This document shows positions 45,228-55,015 of a stretch of DNA of 64,000 nt, piece by piece. Every line of letters begins with the position of its first letter. Within the stretch, counting starts at the first letter, position 1. The position numbers were made by a program, and so were the translations under genes. The stretch spans positions 250,838 through 314,837 of the IMG/VR virus record IMGVR_UViG_3300044712_000810; one strand, given 5' to 3'. The notes beneath the pieces were generated by a model. That model made no database searches, was not told the DNA's origin, and saw only the letters and a program-made list of their open reading frames with translations.

Positions 45228-45638
45228 ATGTCAGAAAATAAAGAACCAAAACAAGTTATTGTCATGCGCAAAGATTTAAATATGCGCAAAGGCAAAATGT
45301 GTGCACAAGCAGCACATGCAAGTCTCGCTGTCATTTTAAGAAAGATGGTAGTTGAACAAAACTACGACATGGTATCACGCATGTTAGTTACAATAAAAGA
45401 TAGTCCATTCGATGAATGGTTGACTAATAGATTTAAAAAAGTAGTACTATCATGTGATAGTGAACAAGAAATAATCGATATCGAATCAAAATGCAACGAA
45501 CTTCGAATTCCAAACGCATTAATTACAGATGCAGGTCTTACTGAATTCGATGGAGTTCCAACAAAAACCTGCATAGCAATCGGTCCATGGGATCCTGATG
45601 AAATTGATAAAGTAACTGGAAACTTAAAGTTGTTGTAA
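45228..45638 (+). CDS. pth2: peptidyl-tRNA hydrolase Pth2
   Basis: KQVIVMRKDL.M.KGK.CAQAAHA, DAGLTEF, IGP, TG.L.LL. Confidence 0.92.
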   Translation: MSENKEPKQVIVMRKDLNMRKGKMCAQAAHASLAVILRKMVVEQNYDMVSRMLVTIKDSPFDEWLTNRFKKVVLSCDSEQEIIDIESKCNELRIPNALITDAGLTEFDGVPTKTCIAIGPWDPDEIDKVTGNLKLL

Positions 45639-45639
45639 T

Positions 45640-46179
45640 ATGGAAGAAGTTATAGAATGGGTTTGTATGACATGGTTAAGAATCTTTGGAAGTAAAAAAA
45701 CCAAAGAAAATATATATGCTGCTAAAAAATTAAACATGCCCATTGATGGAAGAATTTTTACAGTTGTAAATGAAGTTTTAGATACTACACTTGAACAACT
45801 TTGTACAAAAAAACAAATAACAGCATTCACACATGATAGAAATTCAGGAAATATAAAAGTTACATTTAACGGAAACATAATATTAACTACAATTAAATCA
45901 TCTGGACGATTTTTATCATATGGAAAAATATTCCGTAATGATAAACAAATTTATGAATGGAATTCTAACAATGATGATGGTAATATTTCACCAAGAAATC
46001 ACTACTTGTTTATAAAAACTTGTAATAATTTTGTGATAAATAATATAGTCGACAATAAAAATTTTAGTTTAAAAAATTTTGTTAAAATAGAAAATGATAC
46101 TGAAGTTTTACTTAACATACTTAATGAAATTGACGATGTTAAAATAGAACTACAAAAAAAACTAATACAGGAGCTATAA
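45640..46179 (+). CDS. hypothetical protein, C-terminal LQKKLIQEL
   Basis: Paralog of the next ORF. Confidence 0.7.
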   Translation: MEEVIEWVCMTWLRIFGSKKTKENIYAAKKLNMPIDGRIFTVVNEVLDTTLEQLCTKKQITAFTHDRNSGNIKVTFNGNIILTTIKSSGRFLSYGKIFRNDKQIYEWNSNNDDGNISPRNHYLFIKTCNNFVINNIVDNKNFSLKNFVKIENDTEVLLNILNEIDDVKIELQKKLIQEL

Positions 46180-46683
46180 GTGTTTAACACTATACGCGAA
46201 TGGTTTGCACCAAAAAATGTTCTTACTGATAAACGCGCAAGAGAAGCATTAGAATTAACAGGAAACCTTAATTATCCAATTGATACAACTCTTGATAGTG
46301 TTCTTTATAAATTATTAACAACAAGCGCATTAACAGAAGTAAAACAACAACCATATGAAATAGATTTTGCATTCTCAAATGGAATTAAGTTTGTTAATGT
46401 TTGGAATTCAAATAAATACTATGCATGGTTAAATAAAGGTAAAATCATAAATGAATCTGAAGTTCTATATGAATGGAATGATTCGTGTGTTACTCCTATA
46501 ACTATGGCCACATTGAAAGTAAAAATTGCACAATTTTGTGTAGGTAGAATATTATCACATCAAAACTTTAGTCTAATAAAACATATTGAAAATATTGATA
46601 ATTTAAACCAATTAACACGAATGTTAGATGAAATTGATGAAGCAAAAATATTATTGCAAAAGAAAATCATAACAGAATTATAA
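46180..46683 (+). CDS. hypothetical protein, C-terminal LQKKIITEL
   Basis: Paralog of the previous ORF (GKI...YEWN, NFSL). Confidence 0.7.
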   Translation: MFNTIREWFAPKNVLTDKRAREALELTGNLNYPIDTTLDSVLYKLLTTSALTEVKQQPYEIDFAFSNGIKFVNVWNSNKYYAWLNKGKIINESEVLYEWNDSCVTPITMATLKVKIAQFCVGRILSHQNFSLIKHIENIDNLNQLTRMLDEIDEAKILLQKKIITEL

Positions 46684-46708
46684 ACAGTTTAACCGGAGTT
46701 TAAGATTT

Positions 46709-47791
46709 ATGTATGTAAGTATTGTAAATGGTAAATTTCAATATGATTTAACTAAATTCAATTCTGAAACAGATTTAGAAAAACAAGAACAAATAGCAAT
46801 TGAAATAGTAAAAGAAATTTACGATAAAGCATCACAAATACAAAATGAAGGAATTGTTAGTGGTAATAGAATTATTATCATGGAAGTTTCTCCAGAATTA
46901 TCACCAGTGTTTCTTAAAACTATGATAAAAAATAGAGCAATATCAGAATTGCATGTTAAAAGAATTAAAGCGCATATTGAAAATAACACTTTTAATTTAA
47001 CTCCACAACCTATCATTTTTGATAGTGATTTTAAATTATCAGATGGACAACATAGACTTCACGCAATAATCAAATCTAAAAAAAGTATTCCACTCTATAT
47101 ATCATTTATGGATAAAAAGCATTCAGATTTAGAATATCTTGATCTTGGAAAAACAAGAACACGTTATGCAAACCATCTAATGCATACAAATGGTAATATG
47201 CCGTGGGATGAAGATGGTGATAAATTAATAAGCGTATTATATAATTTTTCAAGTGCATCTAAAAATAAAACACCATTAACATCAAACGGTTTTAGAATTA
47301 AACCATTAATGTCATACCAATCATGTATGACAATTTGGAATTATGATACAACTCTATGTGAAAATGCCATATCCTATGCAAAAGAAATCAAAGCACAATG
47401 TATTGGTAATAATAATCATTTAAGAGTATATACAAATGTTATAGCATTTTCACATTTTATTTTAAATTGGTCATGTCAAGATAACTATTATCGTCAACAT
47501 GTAAGAAATAATAAACAAGATGTTGATGATTTCTTTAATACATTATTAAATGGATATGACACTTCTGGAAGATCACCCTTAAATAATGCCGCATTAAAAC
47601 TACGAGATGTATTCCTTTCAGGAATTAATGCAAAAGATGATAATCATCGAACATTTATGCAAATAATGTTCATTTTTAAATGTTGGGATAATTATAAAAA
47701 TAAGATAGATACGCCGAATGTAAGTATGTCGGCATTTAATATAAAACATGGCTCTACTGTTGTATGGCCAATTATTGATAATTTAATTTAA
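46709..47791 (+). CDS. ParB-like N-terminal domain protein
   Basis: NR.IS..HV, LSDGQHRLHAI, D.GK.R. Confidence 0.7.
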   Translation: MYVSIVNGKFQYDLTKFNSETDLEKQEQIAIEIVKEIYDKASQIQNEGIVSGNRIIIMEVSPELSPVFLKTMIKNRAISELHVKRIKAHIENNTFNLTPQPIIFDSDFKLSDGQHRLHAIIKSKKSIPLYISFMDKKHSDLEYLDLGKTRTRYANHLMHTNGNMPWDEDGDKLISVLYNFSSASKNKTPLTSNGFRIKPLMSYQSCMTIWNYDTTLCENAISYAKEIKAQCIGNNNHLRVYTNVIAFSHFILNWSCQDNYYRQHVRNNKQDVDDFFNTLLNGYDTSGRSPLNNAALKLRDVFLSGINAKDDNHRTFMQIMFIFKCWDNYKNKIDTPNVSMSAFNIKHGSTVVWPIIDNLI

Positions 47792-47842
47792 AAAAATAAT
47801 ACAAAGGCCTTCGGGCCTTTTCTTTTTGTTTGGAGGAAATAT

Positions 47843-48730
47843 ATGGGCGCAAGAAATGAAATGCTATTAAATATAGCAGATAAAGAATGGGAAGGATTTA
47901 CACTTCCTGATTTAGATCCAAAACGTCAAGGACGTTACAGAGTTCATATTCCACAACTAATGGATCAAATGGAAGAGAATGAAGGAATATGGTGTCGTAA
48001 TCACTGTTCAAGTGGCAATTTAACACCTAGTAATCGTGGCGTTTATGGTTCCCAGTTACCGTTACAACCCAATACAAAAGTAATTGTTAAATTTAGAATG
48101 AATAGTTTAAATTCAGGTTATATTGAAAAGATTGTATCTGATAGTGAACCAAATAGTAACGTTGATGTTGGTAAAAATGAATCAAGTACTCCAGTAATAA
48201 GTGAATTTGATAGAGACGAACAATATATAGTAATGAAGACTCCAAAACGATATCAAATCATGTATATGAATGAAGATACTAGTACTGATCCAAATACTAT
48301 CTTTATTGTATTTAATAGGGATAATGGCCCAACATCTGGACGGAGCATTACTAAGTATAGTGAGGACGGTATTCATCACTATACTAGGAACAATTATCGT
48401 GAACGTATTTTACAAGATAAAACAGTTCAAATAGATGAAAATTACATGAACAAAATTGCTGGAAAAAAGAAAACTAGTATAGGTACTAGTAATCATCTTT
48501 CAATCGGTGAAGATAATATTATTGAAATCGGTGGAAAGAAACACGAAAAAATAAAAACTGAATATGTAATTCAAGTTGATGAAATACAAATTCAAGCAAA
48601 AAATATAGTATTTAAAGGTTCTGAAAGTATAGTAATTGATGCACCAGTGGTTGCAATAAATACTGGACCAAATGATAAATCAGTAGATACACCTGAACCA
48701 ACACCTATAGTTCCAAAACTGGAGGAATAA
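47843..48730 (+). CDS. baseplate central spike (gp5/VgrG-like)
   Basis: DPKRQGRYRVHIP OB-fold start; C-terminal beta-helix-like repeats. Confidence 0.7.
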   Translation: MGARNEMLLNIADKEWEGFTLPDLDPKRQGRYRVHIPQLMDQMEENEGIWCRNHCSSGNLTPSNRGVYGSQLPLQPNTKVIVKFRMNSLNSGYIEKIVSDSEPNSNVDVGKNESSTPVISEFDRDEQYIVMKTPKRYQIMYMNEDTSTDPNTIFIVFNRDNGPTSGRSITKYSEDGIHHYTRNNYRERILQDKTVQIDENYMNKIAGKKKTSIGTSNHLSIGEDNIIEIGGKKHEKIKTEYVIQVDEIQIQAKNIVFKGSESIVIDAPVVAINTGPNDKSVDTPEPTPIVPKLEE

Positions 48731-48756
48731 AAGAAAGGCCGCCGAAGCGGCCCTAT

Positions 48757-48978
48757 TTATTTGTTATAGTGTGCACGACATCTGGCTTTATCTTCTTCTG
48801 AGAGGTATTTCCCTTCCCAGTCCAAGATTCCAAGCCGTTTATCTATCGCCCACTGTTCTTCAGGCGATAACTTCATGAAGTTTGATGGGCGTTCGAATGA
48901 TTTTTCGAACATTGCACGTTCACGATCATAATCGTGTGGTTTATCACTGTTTAACACTTGTAGGCACCTCGTGTTCAA
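48757..48978 (-). CDS. hypothetical protein
   Basis: Minus-strand ORF ending at a convergent hairpin; start uncertain. Confidence 0.55.
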   Translation of the reverse strand: MNTRCLQVLNSDKPHDYDRERAMFEKSFERPSNFMKLSPEEQWAIDKRLGILDWEGKYLSEEDKARCRAHYNK

Positions 48979-49195
48979 TGATTGTAAATCTACTTATGAT
49001 GTCTTCGCCATTACCGAATCGTTCCGCAAATGCCTTTTCACTGATTACGGTTATAGTGTATGATGCGGTTTTGATGATGATTTCATCAACACCACATTCT
49101 TTAAGTCTCTGATCAGCAACAAACTTTAAAAATCCAAGGTCATTTACTAAAGAATCCATGACAGATACTACTCGATTTTTAATATCCTGAAACAT
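48944..49195 (-). CDS. hypothetical protein
   Basis: AAGGAGG SD on the minus strand. Confidence 0.65.
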   Translation of the reverse strand: MFQDIKNRVVSVMDSLVNDLGFLKFVADQRLKECGVDEIIIKTASYTITVISEKAFAERFGNGEDIISRFTIIEHEVPTSVKQ

Positions 49196-49219
49196 GTTTG
49201 CCTCCTTGGTTAATGATAT

Positions 49220-49233
49220 ATTTCTATATAAAA
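49220..49233 (-). promoter_or_regulatory. recurrent promoter-like motif, minus strand
   Basis: Reverse complement TTTTATATAGAAAT upstream of a minus-strand ORF. Confidence 0.65.
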
Positions 49234-49247
49234 GTGAGGAATATTAA

Positions 49248-50243
49248 ATGGGTTGCTTAATTACATCCGGTCAAATATCCGGAAATATGGATATAGATAT
49301 TAAACATTTAAAGACATTAATCAAATCAAGAATTCAAGATATGGCAATGGGATATCTTGAATCTCCACTTAACAGAGTAATGACTGGCACCAATGTACTT
49401 GGTGGAACAATGAATAGTATTAAAGATGCTATGAGTAATCCACAATTTCCATATATACCAAAAGATGGTGCTAGTATAAAACAAATGGTTAGAAATTTAG
49501 GTCAAGGAATATTACAGAATGGTCAAGGAATGGTTAAAAATATGATAACTTCTGGTATGCAGAATATCATAATGCCATTACCCGCAATGGCCATGAATAA
49601 TTCTAACTTAGCATTTGAAAACGTAAATGCATTCAGAAGTAATGTTAATAATTTACGCATACCATTATCCGATAGAACGTCGGCACTTAATTTACCAAAA
49701 ACAAAAGATGACATGAAGACTTTACTGACTGATATGTTTTGTGGTGGGGCGCAAAATCTACTTGGAATGTCTGGAAACTTCACTAGTGCAAGTCAATTTG
49801 GTAATATTACAGGTATGTTAAATCAAAATATGACACAATCATTAATGTCTGGTGCAATGGGTGCGCTCGGAGGTCTTGAAGGGAATTTATTAAGTCAAGG
49901 CATGGGTATGGAAAAACTTGCACCTATGAGTAAAATTACTAAAGTTCAAGATATGGAAATGAATTTAGGTCGTGCACCAACAGATTTTTCAGATACACTT
50001 GGAACTGCTGGATTAAAAAGTACAGGTGCTGTTGATTGGGTAAATCCAAATCTACAACCAGAAAATCCAGTACCGATGAGTCAACAAGTACAAGATAATT
50101 ATGAAATGGTAAAAGAAGAAATTAATACACATGTTAAAGATTTTGGTGATATGATTGATTCACATAGTGATAAAATGAAAGAGCTTTATTATAATAAAGA
50201 TTTTAATTTTTCAAATTATCAACAAGAAGTTGACAACTTGTAG
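49248..50243 (+). CDS. Met/Gly/Asn-rich hypothetical protein (possibly baseplate-associated)
   Basis: 331-aa ORF with SD. Confidence 0.7.
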   Translation: MGCLITSGQISGNMDIDIKHLKTLIKSRIQDMAMGYLESPLNRVMTGTNVLGGTMNSIKDAMSNPQFPYIPKDGASIKQMVRNLGQGILQNGQGMVKNMITSGMQNIIMPLPAMAMNNSNLAFENVNAFRSNVNNLRIPLSDRTSALNLPKTKDDMKTLLTDMFCGGAQNLLGMSGNFTSASQFGNITGMLNQNMTQSLMSGAMGALGGLEGNLLSQGMGMEKLAPMSKITKVQDMEMNLGRAPTDFSDTLGTAGLKSTGAVDWVNPNLQPENPVPMSQQVQDNYEMVKEEINTHVKDFGDMIDSHSDKMKELYYNKDFNFSNYQQEVDNL

Positions 50244-50251
50244 GAGTATAT

Positions 50252-50497
50252 ATGGGTAATGCGGCAAAAAATATTGGATTTGTCTTAAATCAAGCTAAAA
50301 CAAAAATCATGGGTTTTATGACATGGACATCAAAAGAACCACACAAATTAATGATGTTTAAAGAATCGTGTTGTTTTTATGTAGATTCAGAGACGAATTT
50401 ACCAATGGTTAAGTGGGCTGATAGCTCGGGCAAGATATGGAAAGGACAATTACAGTTAAATAGTATTGTTCCTGATGGTCAAGTTGAGAGTGAATAA
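50252..50497 (+). CDS. hypothetical protein
   Basis: AGGAG SD. Confidence 0.65.
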   Translation: MGNAAKNIGFVLNQAKTKIMGFMTWTSKEPHKLMMFKESCCFYVDSETNLPMVKWADSSGKIWKGQLQLNSIVPDGQVESE

Positions 50498-50514
50498 TAT
50501 TTAATATTCATAAG

Positions 50515-50528
50515 TTTGATATAGAAAT
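50515..50528 (+). promoter_or_regulatory. recurrent promoter-like motif
   Basis: TTTGATATAGAAAT. Confidence 0.7.
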
Positions 50529-50535
50529 ATTAATG

Positions 50536-50716
50536 AAAGCTCCGGAGAGGCATCGCCCCACCCCACGCTGGCCCGGACATGATCTGACGCCATAGCGTAG
50601 CTTCGCCACAGCGTAACCCGATAGGCAGATTTGCACACGGGCATCGGCCATCGACGCTAACTGGCGATCTGGCACATCGCCTCTCCACTCGCTTGAGGGG
50701 ACCTTCGGGTCCCCTT
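50536..50716 (+). ncRNA. candidate small RNA A
   Basis: GC-rich; GGAGAGGC/GCCTCTCC closing stem; terminator GAGGGGACC-TTCG-GGTCCCCTT. Confidence 0.6.
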
Positions 50717-50739
50717 TCTACTTTTTTTGTTTTCTGTAT

Positions 50740-50753
50740 TTTGATATAGAAAT
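50740..50753 (+). promoter_or_regulatory. recurrent promoter-like motif
   Basis: TTTGATATAGAAAT. Confidence 0.7.
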
Positions 50754-50761
50754 AGTAAAGT

Positions 50762-50885
50762 ACGCATAATGGAAACGCCGGGATGCCTCCTTGGCTCTTG
50801 TGGGATTGGCTCACAAGGGTAATAAGGTCCGGTTGATCCATGCGTGGTTGGCGGGGTAGAGTCTGTATAGATTCCCCCGCTAACC
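50762..50885 (+). ncRNA. candidate small RNA B
   Basis: ACGCAT/ATGCGT closed hairpin domain, then terminator GGTTGGCGGGG/CCCCGCTAACC. Confidence 0.6.
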
Positions 50886-50912
50886 GATATTTATTTTTTT
50901 AATATTTACTTG

Positions 50913-50926
50913 TTTCATATAGAAAT
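50913..50926 (+). promoter_or_regulatory. recurrent promoter-like motif
   Basis: TTTCATATAGAAAT. Confidence 0.7.
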
Positions 50927-50937
50927 AGTTAATTAAA

Positions 50938-51120
50938 GAGTTCTGTTCAAAAAAAACAAAACTCATCTAAGTAGCACCACCCGAAGAAATTCGGTACTTA
51001 GATGAAACCACCACCTAAGCAGAACTCAGAGAGGCCTCCCTTCAACCTACAGCACCACCCTACTGCTAAAGAGGGAGCCTCAAGACAACAACCAGGACAG
51101 TTTCACGACTGCCCTGTTTT
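50938..51120 (+). ncRNA. candidate small RNA C with three CACCACC motifs
   Basis: GAGTTCTG/CAGAACTC, CATCTAAGTA/TACTTAGATG, CTCCCT/AGGGAG stems. Confidence 0.6.
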
Positions 51121-51144
51121 CATTTCTTTTTTTGGAGGATTTTT

Positions 51145-51333
51145 ATGGGATGGATTAGAGATATAGATTGTCCATTTTGTGAACATGAGTTCGAATGGGA
51201 AGTCTGGGAAAATGGTAAATGTCCAAAATGTGGTGAAGAATTTTATTGGTCAGAAGATTGCACTGAAGATTATTCAGATTGTTGGGATAGTTTATGGTGG
51301 AATAAATGGGATGAAGAAAGGAGAAATAAATGA
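51145..51333 (+). CDS. small acidic Trp-rich zinc-ribbon protein
   Basis: CPFC...CPKC; GGAGG SD; overlaps the beta' start. Confidence 0.7.
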   Translation: MGWIRDIDCPFCEHEFEWEVWENGKCPKCGEEFYWSEDCTEDYSDCWDSLWWNKWDEERRNK

Positions 51334-52631
51334 AACTTAATTTATTAGATATAAATGAGTTTGTGACTAAAAACAATGTTAGACAAGTAAGTACAGTTCG
51401 TGTATATGAACGTCCAAATAAACTTGATGAAACCGGTCTATTTAGTGAAGTAATCTTTGGTCGTATTGGTTCAAATGACCGTCGTAAACGCTTTGGTTAT
51501 ATTAATTTAAAATGTCGAGTATTACATCCAGAAACTTATAGTTTACTAGTTCGTTTAGATCCTTCAATCAGTAAGTTTATAATGCAAAAAGCAACTTATG
51601 AACTTAGTGAAAATGGTGAACTCATAGAATCTGAAAATGGTGTTAATGGTGTATATAATCTTGTTGAATTCTTACCAAAAATGAAATTTGATAAGTTCAA
51701 GAATCAAGAAATTGCAAAATTTGTAAAAAAGAATCTTGATAAAATTATCATTGATAAAATTCTAGTTTTACCTGCAGGTATTCGTGACTTAAAATTATCA
51801 AAGATATCTGGTAAATCTCAAGTACAATTTGCTGAAATTAATAAATTATATGAAGCTATTATTAAACAATCAAACTCAATTCCTGATGATTTGTCTAGTT
51901 TACCACAAGAATTCTCATCAAGTTTTGTTCAAACAATTCAAAGAAAAGTACTTGAAATAAATGAATGGATCAAATCAAAAATGAAAGGTAAGTCTGGTCT
52001 TATTCGTGGTGGACTACTTAAGAAAGTAATCGACTACTCCGCCCGTCTTATCATTGTTTCTGATCCGACTCTTAAATTAGGTCAACTTGGTTTACCTTGG
52101 CAAGTAGTACTTAAACTTTATGAACCATTTACTTTAAATTACTTTTTACATAAAGATCAAACTTCATTAGCGCTTATTCAAGATAATCTTGGCGCAAACA
52201 TGACACCAGATATTAATGATCTTAAAAGATTTATTCAAAAAATAAATGAAGATCCAACAAGCATTAGTGAACTATTAAAAGACCATCTTATTGCTGCTGC
52301 ACATGACATTAGTAAAGGTAAAACCATTTTATATAAACGTGACCCGGTTGAAGCTCGTGACAACTATATGGGCGCTGATGTTCGTGTTGATCGTGAATCT
52401 AGTGTTGCACGTATGAATCCACTTGATCTTCCAAGATGCGGTGGTGACTTTGACGGTGACCAGATTGCTATATTCCCACTATTTACAAAAGAAGCAAATG
52501 CAGAAGCAAGTGCGAAGTTACATCCATCAAATTCAAAAGCAATGTGGACAAGTTCTGTAAGTTTAAGCAGACAACCATATTTCTTACAACTTGATGCAGC
52601 AACAACTCTTTATGCAATTACTAAGGAGTAA
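51330..52631 (+). CDS. rpoC: RNA polymerase beta' subunit, N-terminal part with catalytic motif
   Basis: GLFSEVIFG, RFGYINL, KGKSGLIR...K..DYSAR, GGDFDGDQ. Confidence 0.93.
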   Translation: MKLNLLDINEFVTKNNVRQVSTVRVYERPNKLDETGLFSEVIFGRIGSNDRRKRFGYINLKCRVLHPETYSLLVRLDPSISKFIMQKATYELSENGELIESENGVNGVYNLVEFLPKMKFDKFKNQEIAKFVKKNLDKIIIDKILVLPAGIRDLKLSKISGKSQVQFAEINKLYEAIIKQSNSIPDDLSSLPQEFSSSFVQTIQRKVLEINEWIKSKMKGKSGLIRGGLLKKVIDYSARLIIVSDPTLKLGQLGLPWQVVLKLYEPFTLNYFLHKDQTSLALIQDNLGANMTPDINDLKRFIQKINEDPTSISELLKDHLIAAAHDISKGKTILYKRDPVEARDNYMGADVRVDRESSVARMNPLDLPRCGGDFDGDQIAIFPLFTKEANAEASAKLHPSNSKAMWTSSVSLSRQPYFLQLDAATTLYAITKE

Positions 52632-52634
52632 AAC

Positions 52635-54578
52635 ATGTCAGAAGATCTATTTAATGAAATAATGGGATTCACAGTTGATCCACATCGTATTCAACAAACA
52701 TCAATGAATCAACCACAACAAGGATATATTGCACCAACAACAATGCAACAACATGATAGACAAGACTTTGGTATTGAATTTTCACATTGCGCAACAATGG
52801 AACCATGGCAACGTAGAATTTCTGACGTTTTAAAACATGGTAAAGATGTATATGTTGTTGCTGCACCAGGAGGTGGTAAAACACTTCCAGTATTTTGTCA
52901 CTGGACAAATAATATTCTTAATTTAAATACAATGATGACTGGCCCAGCAAACGATAAAGCATATACAGAATGTGTAAAAAATATATTTTTGGAACCTAAT
53001 AAAATACCAAAAATCCTATTCTTAGTTCCAACAAGATCACTCGCAATGCAAACAGAACAAGAAGTTCGTGCTGTATTTGGTGATATTATATCACAAACAA
53101 TGAATCGATTTTTAAAAGTAACACAATTTGAAGAATCGATTGATAGTGAAACTTTTGGACCATCCGCACCGGGACATTATACTCCTCATGATGCAGCACA
53201 AAGAGCTTATAATAACAATTTACAAAGACAAATATTTGAAAAACTTGGCAATAGCAATTTAATAATGATGATGACTGAAATTGCCAGACTTGCGGAAGAA
53301 CGTCGAAGTGCAACAAACGATTATGAAAAATCAAGAATTCGAAATATAATCGATTCATATAAACGTCAATTTAAACAAGAATTAATTGAATCTTTAAGAA
53401 ATTATATGAATGGAAATCTGTTACGAGTAAAAACTGGCGACTATAATATTGATGGAAATAATGCATTAGTTCATATTTCTATTTATGAATCCGCAGTAAA
53501 TATAGTTAATAATATGTCTAACCTAGGATTAATTATTATTGACGAAGCGCACTTAATTCAAAAGTCAGGTGAAATTGGCGACGAATCACGTAATAGACAA
53601 ATAGCAGAAGCATTATATACAGTTCTACATAAATTAAAAGGTAGTAAAACAAATATAGTTTTACTATCTGGAACTGAACATCCAGAAAGTGCACAAGAAA
53701 TCATTAAATATTTAAATCATTGTTTTGGAAGAAACTTTGAAAAATCTGATGCACTTATTCAAAGTTCCAGTGGAAACAGATCACAATTAAGTATTGTTCC
53801 AGATGATAGTTTGATGAATGATTCAAAACTTGTCGATATCGTCGTCAACGCTGTAAGGAAAAAAGATTGGGGTGAATTAATTGTATTATTTTCTGCAAGA
53901 AAAATTGTAAAAATTGCAGAAGAAGCAATTAAAAAATTAGGAACAAGAGATTTAAAAACTGTAAATACTAATGTTCAGTATGGTCATCAATTTACTAGTA
54001 TTTATGGTAATATAGAAAAACAAGCTCCATCAATGTCAATATCAAGAAATGATGCACATGCTATTTCACAACCAAAACCAGAATTATCTGATGCCTCAAA
54101 TATTAAAGATCCACTATTACGCGCATGTGTATCCGCTGGTTTTGGTTTTTATTTCCGTAATATGCCAGATGGTGGTGGCGAAGTAAGTGACAACGATAAG
54201 TTTATTGTAAGTAAATTATTTAAAGATAAAAAAATACACGCAATGCTCGCAACAGACGGTGTTGGTATTGGAGTTAATATTGACGTTAAACGTATTTATA
54301 TTCCAAGAATTGAAAAATTCGAAGCTATAATTGGTGATAATAAAGAAATTCCATTACGTGACTTAGCACAAATACTTAACAGAGCTGGTCGTGGTAAAAT
54401 TCCATTCGCATCAATATTTACACCATCAGGAAATGTTGAAATGGTAAGATCTGCATTATCAGCTACTGCAGAACAATTCAATGTTGTCCCCGCATATAGT
54501 AAAATTGGTTTTGGAATGATATGTCATAAGTTCGAAGCCTTCTATAGTATGTGGAAAGAAATGTCTGTCAAATTTTAA
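52635..54578 (+). CDS. SF2 DEAH-box helicase (Ski2-like)
   Basis: APGGGKT, VPTRSLA, IIDEAH, LSGT, GVNI, QILNRAGR. Confidence 0.9.
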   Translation: MSEDLFNEIMGFTVDPHRIQQTSMNQPQQGYIAPTTMQQHDRQDFGIEFSHCATMEPWQRRISDVLKHGKDVYVVAAPGGGKTLPVFCHWTNNILNLNTMMTGPANDKAYTECVKNIFLEPNKIPKILFLVPTRSLAMQTEQEVRAVFGDIISQTMNRFLKVTQFEESIDSETFGPSAPGHYTPHDAAQRAYNNNLQRQIFEKLGNSNLIMMMTEIARLAEERRSATNDYEKSRIRNIIDSYKRQFKQELIESLRNYMNGNLLRVKTGDYNIDGNNALVHISIYESAVNIVNNMSNLGLIIIDEAHLIQKSGEIGDESRNRQIAEALYTVLHKLKGSKTNIVLLSGTEHPESAQEIIKYLNHCFGRNFEKSDALIQSSSGNRSQLSIVPDDSLMNDSKLVDIVVNAVRKKDWGELIVLFSARKIVKIAEEAIKKLGTRDLKTVNTNVQYGHQFTSIYGNIEKQAPSMSISRNDAHAISQPKPELSDASNIKDPLLRACVSAGFGFYFRNMPDGGGEVSDNDKFIVSKLFKDKKIHAMLATDGVGIGVNIDVKRIYIPRIEKFEAIIGDNKEIPLRDLAQILNRAGRGKIPFASIFTPSGNVEMVRSALSATAEQFNVVPAYSKIGFGMICHKFEAFYSMWKEMSVKF

Positions 54579-54588
54579 TTTTGTCTTA

Positions 54589-54602
54589 ATTCATATAGAA
54601 AT
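54589..54602 (+). promoter_or_regulatory. recurrent promoter-like motif
   Basis: ATTCATATAGAAAT. Confidence 0.65.
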
Positions 54603-54806
54603 ATTACAATAACCATCGGTAAGGACAAAAACGTGAAGGAGAAGACATTCGAGCAAATTGCTGACGAATTTGATGAAGAATTCGAGAAGCAGATGTTCGC
54701 CCTTCTCGACGATGAAGAATATTTAAATTTATTGTTCAAAGTAGAAGAAGAATGTTCAGGTAGATCTTGTCGCGCCGATAGGCGTAAAACTGACAAGAAA
54801 TAATGT

Positions 54807-54883
<77 letters not shown>

Positions 54884-54893
54884 TATTGAAAGT

Positions 54894-55009
54894 TGGTGGA
54901 ATCCAGTAAAAGATCCTTATCAGGATCGATGCCAAACCGTGAAGTGGGTCCGAGTCTACGACTAACGGCACTATCCAACCGGGCATAAAAGAGACTGGTA
55001 CTTCCACTA
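54894..55009 (+). ncRNA. candidate structured RNA downstream of tRNA-Arg
   Basis: TGGTGGAA/TTCCACTA, CCAGT/ACTGG, GATCCT/AGGATC, ATGCC/GGCAT, CCGT/ACGG. Confidence 0.5.
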
Positions 55010-55015
55010 TCTCGC

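Noticed and set aside
50530-50841. 103-aa minus-strand ORF
   Set aside because: It crosses promoter and terminator elements oriented on +; better explained as ncRNAs.
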